This document shows, in pieces, positions 1-8,400 of a DNA stretch of 15,463 nt. The notes under the pieces were generated by a model that was given only the letters and a program-made list of their open reading frames with translations, was not told the DNA's origin and did not search any database. Numbering within the stretch: the stretch's first letter is position 1; every line of letters starts with the position of its first letter. Both the position numbers and the translations under genes were made by a program. Origin of the DNA: an uncultured bacterium (lineage in GTDB: Bacteria; Lernaellota; Lernaellaia; Lernaellales; Lernaellaceae); contig CAZHPN010000149.1 of assembly GCA_964534375.1 (NCBI GenBank), positions 1-15,463 on the forward strand. Reading direction: 5' to 3'.

Positions 1-532
<532 letters not shown>

Positions 533-563
533 GACGCGCCTCCTTAATTTGTGCGGACGGTTC

Positions 564-591
564 ATTGTAACCCCGCGGCGACGGGGGTCAA
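564..591 (-). promoter_or_regulatory. Sigma70-type promoter for hutU
   Basis: Minus strand TTGACC (591-586), 16-nt spacer, TACAAT (569-564), about 30 nt upstream of the hutU start. Confidence 0.65.
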
Positions 592-595
592 ACGA

Positions 596-640
596 GCGGG
601 GCGGCGCCGCCGGGCGCGCGCCGCGCCTGGCCTGCCCCGC
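596..640. repeat. GC-rich imperfect hairpin (REP-like)
   Basis: GCGGGGC (596-602) pairs with GCCCCGC (634-640); inner arms GCCGGGCGCG / CGCGCCTGGC also pair. Confidence 0.4.
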
Positions 641-692
641 GCCCGCGACTTCGCCCGGGGGAGGCTCCGCGAGGGGCCGGCGCCGGAGTAGC

Positions 693-819
693 GCCAACTT
701 AACGTTTTTGAGGAGCGGAAACCGGACTGTAGAATGGCGAATGGCGAATGGCGAAATTCGGGCGGCATCGGCAATTCCGCATTCGCGATTCGCCATTCTT
801 CATTCTCCATTGTGCGGGG
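693..819 (+). repeat. Dispersed intergenic repeat, copy 1, with (GAATGGC)3 heptamers and complementary ATTCGCC-like heptamers
   Basis: 693-764 aligns without gaps to the reverse complement of 5113-5184 at 59/72 identities by hand count; the 3' parts TCGCCATT..TCATTCTCCATT also match. Confidence 0.85.
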
Positions 820-839
820 AATGAGTTCGAAAAAATCGA

Positions 840-1003
840 TCAATCCGACGTTCGCGGAACGCGCGCACGGTCGATGCTGAAGGCGCCGTGACCGGCCTGC
901 CGGGCAAAGTCTGTATACCCAAATTGGTCTCGCACCCACTTCGACGAAACACCTTTGATCAGTTGCATAGCTTGCCCAATCGAGACTGACGCCGGCATCA
1001 AAA
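840..1003 (-). pseudogene. tnpA: IS200/IS605-family TnpA (Y1 HUH tyrosine transposase, possibly REP-associated) fragment
   Basis: ILMPASVSIGQAMQLIKGVSSKWVRDQFGYTDFARQAGHGAFSI matches the C-terminal half of IS200 TnpA (..SIS.AVQLLKG.SSKW....F...FAWQ.GYGAFSV). The N-terminal half with the HUH motif is absent and a TGA stop ends the fragment. Confidence 0.8.
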
Positions 1004-1089
1004 TTCCCCATCCCCGAGGACCGGATCTCCGGTCGACGATATGTTCTCGTCTATGTCGCCCGCCGACGTATGATAGTAACGCAACAACC

Positions 1090-1160
1090 CCCAGGTCCGA
1101 AGCCCTGGGCTGCTTTCGCACGCGCCAGGGGCACGTGCGACAACGTCGCTTGGCGACGTT
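1090..1160. repeat. Cluster of three consecutive hairpins (REP-like) upstream of the tnpA fragment; may also terminate the C25 gene
   Basis: CCCAGGtC-CGAA-GcCCTGGG (1090-1109), TCGCACGcGCC...GGCaCGTGCGA (1116-1140), AACGTCGC-TTG-GCGACGTT (1142-1160). Confidence 0.6.
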
Positions 1161-1183
1161 TGAAAGTCATGATTGCGCCGTCG

Positions 1184-3277
1184 TCACCACCCGCCGCAGC
1201 CGCCGCCCTGCGAACTCCCGCCGCTGGCCGGGCGATTGTCATCATCGTCATCAGCCGCGTCGTCGTCGGCCGCCGAAGTGACGCGGATCACGCCCACGTA
1301 CGGTGCGAGATTCTCGCCGGTCACGGTCAGCGTCAACGTCGCCAAATCCGATAACGGGCGGTTGAACGCGACTTGCGCGACGCCGTTGACGCCGGCATAT
1401 CCCACGCCGAGCAGATGGCCGTCGATCGAGACGCCCGCCATCGCATAGGGATGACCGGGAACCGACACGTCCAGCGTTGTCGCGGTCGGCGGAATCTCCG
1501 CGGCGTACGCCGGCGCGATCGTCGCCGGCGGGGCGCTGTAGAGCAGCGTCTCCGGATCGCCAAAGAGATTATACATTTCGAAGTAGAGCCACGTGTTGCC
1601 GCCGCCGCTGTAATGCTGATAAACGGACATCAGGCCGAAATCGAGCAGGCTTTTGGTCCACGGCAGCGACGACAGCGCGCCGTCGCCCTGAATCCAGCCG
1701 GTGAATTCGCCGCGTTCGAGAATGTCGTCTTCGTCCCAGAACGTTTCCTGCGAGGCGCCCCAGAACGCCAGCGCGCCGTGCGGAATGCGCATCCACGTGT
1801 CGCCGAAGCACGGATAGTCGTCATACGAGCCGGTCAGGCAGGCGTGCGAGAGCACCAGCGGCGTGGTGATATTGGTCAGCGTTTCGATGTCCGACTCGTC
1901 GAGCTCCGGACCGTCGGCCCAGGAGATTTCCGAGCCGTGGCCCGAATACGCGTGGATCGTCGGGCCGGCGTCGAGCGCCGCGAGCGCCTGCGCCGGCGTC
2001 GCGCCTTCGTGGGCGTAGAGTTTCGTGCAGGTGAAGCCGTCGGGCGTCAGCACGTCGCTGCACACCCAGTTGTGCGTGCCTTCGGAAACCGTGTGGTTGT
2101 CGTCGCTGGCCATGAACGTGGCATGCTTCGTCCAAGCGTCGCCGCCGGTCCAGAGGTTCTGCTCGTAGTTCAGGATTTTCGTCAGCATGTTGGCCAGTTC
2201 CGCCGGTTTGCTGTACGGCAGGCGGCCGACGCCGAAGGCGGGCAGGTACGACTGGTCCGTCATCGCGGCGAAATACAGATCGGTGGCCGGATTCGGCGAG
2301 GTCCGGCCGGTGAAGAACGGCGTGATCGCCGAGTCGCCGAGCAGCAGCACGTACGCCGGCGGATGCTCCCAATTCGCGTACGCGTCCAGCAGATACGAGC
2401 GGACGGCGAGCGCGTCGAAGCCGCCGGCCTCGGCGAGGCTGACCGCGACGACGTAGTAGCCGCGCTGGCTCTTCCACTCGATGAAGGCCTGCGTCTGCGG
2501 CGCGTTCAGGGCGTCCGCCGGGCCGATGACCACATAGGAACTCGGCGCAAAATGCGGCTCGCCCAAGGGCTGGGCGACGGCGTCGAAGTTGAGCGTCAGA
2601 TCGCGGGCGACGGCGTACGTTCGCGGCTCGGCGTAGCGCCGCTCCAGCGCCTCGGTCGCGGCCCAGTCGGCGTTGAGGAAGCGCACGTGCACGCGCATCT
2701 CGGCGGCGATCTGCACCAGACCCAGCGCCGGCAGGTAGTTGAGCGGATGCAGGTCGACGGCCGCGAGGCGATAGCCGCGCAACAGACCGGCGTCCGTCGC
2801 CGCCGCCGGCGCCGCGAAGACCGGGGCAATTCGCCGATAAGCCCGTTCGTCGACCGTGAATACGGCCCGCGCCGCGGCGCCGGGAACCTTGGGCAGCGAC
2901 GGTTGCACGGGCAGCAGCCGGGGAGCGCCGGTGAAGCCGGCGACCGGCAGCGTCCGGTAGGCCGCCTCGACGCGGACTTCGACCGTCGCGCCGAGCGGGA
3001 CGCGCAGCAGCCGCGTGACCAGCGGCACGGCCGGCTCGCCGATTTCGCCGTGCCGGCCTTCGCGCGGAATTTCGAGCTGCACGTAGCCGGCCTGCGCCTC
3101 GGTAATTTCGAAGCCGGGCAGCGTCAGATGCAAGTCGACCCCGTCGCGATCGGCGCGCTCGACCTGCAGTTCGACCGGCGCCGGCGCCGGCGCGATGACT
3201 TCGAACCAGACCGCCTGCGCCGAGCCGGCCGTGACCAGCAGCCACACCGCGACGAATAGAAAAACGAAGCGTTTCAT
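1184..3277 (-). CDS. Secreted C25-family (gingipain-like) cysteine peptidase: signal peptide, C25 propeptide, catalytic domain, Ig-like C-terminal domain, Asp-rich/Gly-Cys tail
   Basis: Start reassigned to MKRFVFLFVAVWLLVTAGSAQA (ATG 3277, RBS AGGAG 3290-3286). Propeptide motif GEPAVPLVTRLLRVP; catalytic-domain motifs FIEWKSQRGY, PAYVLLLGD, TDLYFA, VGRLP, YSGHGS (His, 1937-1939), SHACLTG (Cys, 1838-1840), YNLFGDP. Confidence 0.92.
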   Translation of the reverse strand: MKRFVFLFVAVWLLVTAGSAQAVWFEVIAPAPAPVELQVERADRDGVDLHLTLPGFEITEAQAGYVQLEIPREGRHGEIGEPAVPLVTRLLRVPLGATVEVRVEAAYRTLPVAGFTGAPRLLPVQPSLPKVPGAAARAVFTVDERAYRRIAPVFAAPAAATDAGLLRGYRLAAVDLHPLNYLPALGLVQIAAEMRVHVRFLNADWAATEALERRYAEPRTYAVARDLTLNFDAVAQPLGEPHFAPSSYVVIGPADALNAPQTQAFIEWKSQRGYYVVAVSLAEAGGFDALAVRSYLLDAYANWEHPPAYVLLLGDSAITPFFTGRTSPNPATDLYFAAMTDQSYLPAFGVGRLPYSKPAELANMLTKILNYEQNLWTGGDAWTKHATFMASDDNHTVSEGTHNWVCSDVLTPDGFTCTKLYAHEGATPAQALAALDAGPTIHAYSGHGSEISWADGPELDESDIETLTNITTPLVLSHACLTGSYDDYPCFGDTWMRIPHGALAFWGASQETFWDEDDILERGEFTGWIQGDGALSSLPWTKSLLDFGLMSVYQHYSGGGNTWLYFEMYNLFGDPETLLYSAPPATIAPAYAAEIPPTATTLDVSVPGHPYAMAGVSIDGHLLGVGYAGVNGVAQVAFNRPLSDLATLTLTVTGENLAPYVGVIRVTSAADDDAADDDDDNRPASGGSSQGGGCGGW

Positions 3278-3363
3278 CGGCGCGGCTCCTCGGGCGGCGA
3301 CGGCGGCCCGCGGCGAAAGCGACGCAGACCTCATCAGCAAAGACGTGCGCGCGTCCGGTTCGG

Positions 3364-3392
3364 ATTATAATGGGCTGGGGCCGCGGCAACAA
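3364..3392 (-). promoter_or_regulatory. Sigma70-type promoter for the C25 peptidase gene
   Basis: Minus strand TTGTTG (3392-3387), 17-nt spacer, perfect TATAAT (3369-3364) in the divergent intergenic region. Confidence 0.55.
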
Positions 3393-3466
3393 GCAACGCG
3401 GCGCCGGCTTGAGACGGCCGGCGGTTTGTGATTAGTTACCGGCAATATCGGGGAAGGAGTTCGATC

Positions 3467-4579
3467 GTGCTCCGAGTGGCAAAATTCGTGTTCCTGCTGG
3501 CGCTTTTCGTCTGTGTGCTGGCCGCGTGCGACCGCCGGCCGAAAAGCACGGAAGCGCCGCTGACGAAGGACGGCAAGCCGGTCCTCGCCGACGTCGGCGG
3601 GCAGTTTCAGGTCACGGTTCCGTATTACGAATTGGCGATTTCACGCGTGCCGGTGGCGAGCCGCTACCAATATCTGACGCCCGACGGCAAGCGGCAGTTC
3701 CTCGAAAAACTGGCGATCGAGGCTGTCTACTATCTGGAAGGCAAGCGGCGCAAGTTTTACCTGGAAAAAGACTTCCGCAACATGTTGAAACTCCGTCACT
3801 ATTACATCTACATCGAAGAGGGGCGGAAGGAGATTTTGAAGGGTCTGTCGGTGACCGACGAGCAGGTGAAAGCGGAATACGACGCGACGATCAAAGACAA
3901 AGACGCCTTTCCCTTCGACAAAATGAAAGAGGAAATCCGCTACCGTTTGCTGGAGCGTGAGCTCGACAAAGCGGTCGAGTCCAAGAAGGACGAATTGCGC
4001 AAGACGTGGGGCGTCAAAATGCACTACGACGTGCTTGCGCTGTTGAATCCGCAAAGCATGAAAAACGGTACGGCGCCGGCGCTCGATCAACCGCTGGCCG
4101 AGGGCGCCGAGTACAAATATACGGTCGATCAATTTCTCAAGCGGCTGGACCTCGCCCCACCGGAGGTGCGGGAAAAGGCCGAGCGCTATCCCGATCCGGT
4201 CAAGATGCTCGATTTCTTCGTCGGCGAAGATTTGCTCTCGGCGTGGGTGCAGAAGGCGAACCTCGACAAGTCGCTCGATCTCGAACTGCGCAAGAAAATC
4301 CTCGAAGTCGGCGCCCTCAGCGCCTTCACCCGGCAGCAGATCGTCGGGCGCGATATTTTCGCCACGCCGACCGAAGCGCGCACCTACTACGACAAGCACG
4401 CCAAGGAATTCGAGCAGAACGGCCAGGTCGCGCCGTTCGACAAAATCAAGGACCTGGTGATCGTCAAGGTGACCGAGAAACGGCGCGACGAGGCCACACG
4501 CGGCCTGGCGCAATCGCTGATGGCGCACCGGTATCCGGTCGTCTATTTCGAGCCGAACGTTCGCAAATACCTGCAGTGA
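3467..4579 (+). CDS. PrsA/SurA-like chaperone lipoprotein with two tandem helical repeats and no recognisable parvulin domain
   Basis: GTG at 3467 with RBS AAGGAG at 3454-3459; lipobox LAA-C. Two repeats each show the foldase pattern: VLA.V.. / TV..F, .R.FLE.L, VT.E.VK.YYD, .PFDK.K..I...L. Confidence 0.7.
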   Translation: MLRVAKFVFLLALFVCVLAACDRRPKSTEAPLTKDGKPVLADVGGQFQVTVPYYELAISRVPVASRYQYLTPDGKRQFLEKLAIEAVYYLEGKRRKFYLEKDFRNMLKLRHYYIYIEEGRKEILKGLSVTDEQVKAEYDATIKDKDAFPFDKMKEEIRYRLLERELDKAVESKKDELRKTWGVKMHYDVLALLNPQSMKNGTAPALDQPLAEGAEYKYTVDQFLKRLDLAPPEVREKAERYPDPVKMLDFFVGEDLLSAWVQKANLDKSLDLELRKKILEVGALSAFTRQQIVGRDIFATPTEARTYYDKHAKEFEQNGQVAPFDKIKDLVIVKVTEKRRDEATRGLAQSLMAHRYPVVYFEPNVRKYLQ

Positions 4580-4588
4580 TCGGCCCGC

Positions 4589-5074
4589 ATGAATTCGGTC
4601 GTGTTTTCGGCCTTGATCGTCGTCGGCCTTTTGCTGGCGACCGGCGTCGGCGTTGGGATCTTTCACGTTCGGCGGCGCGTTCCCCGGCCGGTTGAACTGC
4701 GGCCGTCGCCGGACAACGCGGCGCCGGCGGTCCGTTTTCCCGGGCTCTACCTCGAAACCCGCCGGCTGATTCTCGACGCCGAAAGCGGCCGGTTCACCGG
4801 TTGGCGCCTTGGCGGGCGCAGCCGCGGACATCTTGAGCTCTCCGAGACGGGTTTGCGCTTTCGGCGGTCGTTTTGGCGGCGGTCGGTTTGGCTTCCGTAC
4901 GGCGCGATCCGCCAGGTCAACGTCGTATTTTCGCCGCGCCGCTGCATCCGCGACAAAATGGCCTTGGAATTGGATTGGGAAGCCGGCGGCCTGCGCCTGC
5001 GTTCGATCTTTGTGCTCGACGGGGGCGTGAGCGCCTCGGTGCACGCTGCGCGGTGGGTCGAAGCGCGGCTGTAA
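4589..5074 (+). CDS. Hypothetical protein with one N-terminal transmembrane helix and a beta-rich (possibly PH-like) soluble domain
   Basis: Starts 9 nt after the upstream stop, same strand; hydrophobic VVFSALIVVGLLLATGVGVGIF followed by RRR; segment GHLELSETGLRFRR...WLPYGAIRQV resembles bacterial PH-like domains. Confidence 0.7.
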   Translation: MNSVVFSALIVVGLLLATGVGVGIFHVRRRVPRPVELRPSPDNAAPAVRFPGLYLETRRLILDAESGRFTGWRLGGRSRGHLELSETGLRFRRSFWRRSVWLPYGAIRQVNVVFSPRRCIRDKMALELDWEAGGLRLRSIFVLDGGVSASVHAARWVEARL

Positions 5075-5081
5075 GGGGTCG

Positions 5082-5184
5082 CCCCACGCAGAAATGGAGA
5101 ATGAAATGGCGACGTCCGAATTTCTCCATTTTCCATTCAACATTCTACGTTCCAGTTTTCGCTCCTCAAGAACGTTGAGTTAGC
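5082..5184 (-). repeat. Dispersed intergenic repeat, copy 2 (inverted relative to 693-819)
   Basis: Reverse complement GCTAACTCAACGTTCTTGAGGAGCGAAAACTGGAACGTAGAATGTTGAATGGAAAATGGAGAAATTCGGACG versus copy 1 GCCAACTTAACGTTTTTGAGGAGCGGAAACCGGACTGTAGAATGGCGAATGGCGAATGGCGAAATTCGGGCG. Confidence 0.85.
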
Positions 5185-5311
5185 TTTGATGGTCCGCCCC
5201 CATGCACGGCCGGCCGACATGAAGAAAATCGACAGTCTCTTAACCCCGGGCCAGTCCCCGTCGGTCCCGGACGTCCTACGCCGCTCTTGCCTTCCGCAAT
5301 TCCCATTGAAT

Positions 5312-5326
5312 CGAGAATGATTCGCA
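5312..5326. promoter_or_regulatory. Possible Fur-box-like 7-1-7 operator
   Basis: CGAGAAT-G-ATTCGCA matches 10 of 14 positions of TGATAAT-N-ATTATCA and lies about 33 nt upstream of the predicted -35 of the large lipoprotein gene. Confidence 0.3.
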
Positions 5327-5358
5327 ACTCGGATGCTCTGTGCGGGGGGGACGGCGGC

Positions 5359-5387
5359 TTGCAACGCCTCTTCGACTTCTCTACTAT
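5359..5387 (+). promoter_or_regulatory. Sigma70-type promoter for the large lipoprotein gene
   Basis: TTGCAA (5359-5364), 17-nt spacer, TACTAT (5382-5387); RBS AAGGAG just upstream of ATG 5436. Confidence 0.6.
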
Positions 5388-5435
5388 GATGCATTGGGAT
5401 TGGCTGAAAATTCGGGGGACTAAAAGGAGCCGGCC

Positions 5436-8400
5436 ATGCGTAGAACATCTCTGGTGTGTGCATTCTTCGTATTCCTTGCTTTCTTCACGATCGGATGCTC
5501 ATCCGGCAATACCCCGGCAGCCACGTCGAACTTCAGCGACGACGACGACAACGACGACACGGCTCCGCCGATCGACGACGACAACGACGACAATGACGAC
5601 AACGACAGTTCGCCCGATGACGACTCCTCGCCCGACGACGACGACAACGACAACGACGACGATGTTTCGCCGGCCGACGACGATGACAACGACGACGACA
5701 ACGATGACAACGACGACGACAGCGCGCCGCCGAACGACATCACGATCGTGGCGCCGACGGACGACCAAACCATCTCCCAAAAAGATGTTTACATCGACGT
5801 GGTCTTCGATAGCGCTCCCGGCAATCCGGCCATCGCCATCGACGACGTTTCGGTGATCGGCGAATTGGTTTACAACAACAATGAGTTCAAGGGCTTGGCC
5901 ACGAATATCGTCCCCGGTTCGCACACGATGACGGCCTCTGCGACGTTCAACGGCAAACTGGAGCAGAAGTCCGTTTCGTTCACCCTCGACGCTCCGACCA
6001 CCGGCTGGATCGAACTCCAGGAGGCGCCGGCATATGTGCAAATCGACGCGCCGCCGGCGCAACCGACGTCGACGGTCACCTGGACGGTTTACAATGCGCA
6101 AGGTCAGGACGTCACACAGGGGTCCTCGGTCGAATTAACCGCCAACCCGCCGTCCGGCGTGCAGATCGCGACCGGCGCATCGAGCGACACGTTGACGTTC
6201 TCGCAAGTCGGCGAATATATGCTCGAGGCGGAAACGACGGTCGGCGGCCAGCAGGTGATCGGCTACGGCTTCATCGTGGCGGTGGAGCAGTTCCAAGTCG
6301 CGAAAGTGACCGTCAGTTGCAATCCGAGCCGGATCGTGGCCGGTCAGACGACGAACTGCATCGGCGAGGCGCTCGACGCGAACGACAACCCGCTGCCGAA
6401 TGTGCCGATTCTGTTTTCGACCGACCCGATCGACGCGGCGTCCAACATTATGGGCGGCGCGGTCACGCTGGTTGTCGCCGGCGGCGACAAGGTCATCGGC
6501 ACGGCGGCCGGCACGACCATCAGCGGCTCGACGACCGTCGACGTCACCGCGGGCGCGGCGGACAAGATTGCACTGGTTCTCAACCCGGCCACGGTTGCGG
6601 TCGATCAGACCTCGAAGGCCACCGTCTGGATCACCGACGAATACGGCAACCAACTCACGCAAGCAACCGACGCGACACTGACGGCGTCGCCCAGCCAGGG
6701 CATCACGATCTCGGGTATGAATCTCACGCCGCAGATCGTGACGCCGTTCGAGATCACGGCCACGGCCACGGTGAACAACGTCCAGGTGCAGGCCCAGGCG
6801 TCCCTCACGGTCACGAACCCGTATCCCCCGATGATCACGGTCACGTCGCCGCCGCGCGGCGCGTTCATCACCGGCGGTTCGGCGAACATCACCGTCGTCG
6901 GCCAGGTCACTTCCGAATTCGGAACGGTCGTCTCCTTCCAAATCAACGGCACGGACGTCTCGTTCGACGACCAGGGCAACTTCTCCTATCCGATGACGCT
7001 TAACTACGGGCTCGACACAATCGTCTTCTACGCGCAAGACGACAGCGGCAATACGACGAATTCGTCGCTGTCGGTCATGTACGCGCCGACGTATCTGGCC
7101 AACGGTTCCCCGGTCGTCGACGCTCTGGGCGCCTTCATCAGCGCCTCGGGCTTCAATGAGATCTCGACCATCGCCCAGGACACGATCGACACGGTCCTTC
7201 CGGCGGCGTTGAACAAAATGAGTTGGCCGATGACCCTATTCTCGCAGGAGTATACGGAACTGGGCATCGATTTGGGCACCGTTACGGCGACGATGAACGA
7301 GCCGACGTTCGGCCCGCCCCTGCCGACGCTAAGCATCACGCCGCAGGACAACAACGTACTGGCGCTGTCGATCGGCGTCACCAACCTCCAAGGCGGCGGC
7401 AGCGTCGGCCTCAGTTGGCTGGGCAGCGCCGGCTTCACCTTCACGATTCCCACGCTCACGATCAACGTCGATATGACCGTGTCCGTGTCGTCGTCCGGCC
7501 AGTTGCAGGTGTCGCTCGGCACGCCGCAACTGAACGATTGGGAAAGCACGGCGACGTTGAGCCTGGACAATAGCATCGCCAACTTCCTGCTCGGCTGGCT
7601 GCTGAACCTGTTCATCCAGGATTTCGGCGAGGAGATCATTAATCCGATCATCGTCAACGAGATCACGAGCATCGTGCCGCCGCTGATTACCTCGACGCTC
7701 CAGAGCCTGGATCTCAGCTTCGACTTCAGCTTCCTTACGCACACCTATGACATTACGGCCGACTTCGACACATTCACCGTCGACGATACGGGCGCGACCA
7801 TTTGGTTCGACACCGCGTTCAGCTACGACAACAACGCGACGGCCCCCGGACCGAATACGCCCAATCTTCCCGGTTCGATCCTGCCGGCGAACAACAACTC
7901 GCCGCCGGACCTCAACGGTGACGTGCCCGACAGCGGCCAGCCGTACGACATGGGCGTCGTGGTCGGCGAAGAGGTGTTCGACCAATTGTTCTATGTGATC
8001 CATCGCAGCGGCGCCCTGAGCCTCGATCTCAATCAGGCGACGTTCCAGAGCCTCTTCGGCATCAACCTCGACCTGACGACCCTCGAGATGGACCTCGTCT
8101 TCCCGGGCTTGATCGCGAAGTACGGCGCCACGGCGTCCGTGACGATCGGCCTGCGGCCGCAGTTGCCGCCGATCATCAACATCAGCGGGTCCACCAGCGC
8201 CGGCATCACCGCGCAAGTGGAAATCGGCGAATTCGACATCTTGTTCTCGACCAACAACGAAGTCTGGGCGAGCCTGGGGATGTCGATGTACGTGCCGGCG
8301 ACGATCAACATCGCCAATCAGAAGCTCCAAATGAGCTTCGGCACGATCAACATGTACAGCGGTCTGTTCCAATTGGATGAAGGCATACGCGCCAGCAGCA

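Noticed and set aside
546..563. Possible HutC operator upstream of hutU
   Set aside because: TTTGTGCGGACGG is a poor match to the TGTA-N2-TACA-type palindrome.
562..1011. 149-aa minus ORF containing [12 protein letters not shown]
   Set aside because: Chimera of an off-frame tnpA remnant and translated heptamer repeats.
1373..3392. 628-aa (+) and 523-aa (-) ORFs over the C25 gene
   Set aside because: Arg/Ala-rich off-frame or antisense ORFs typical of high-GC DNA; no motifs.
3641..5143. 500-aa minus ORF starting MLNGKWRN
   Set aside because: Antisense to two plausible genes; its start comes from the heptamer repeat.
5254..5278. GTCC-spaced repeat resembling the nonamer array at 15262
   Set aside because: Irregular spacing (10 then 9 nt) and only a 4-5 nt core; could be chance.
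5538..5720. Repeat-spacer-like appearance suggesting a CRISPR array
   Set aside because: Trinucleotide low-complexity tract in frame within a CDS; no constant repeat, no unique spacers, no cas genes.
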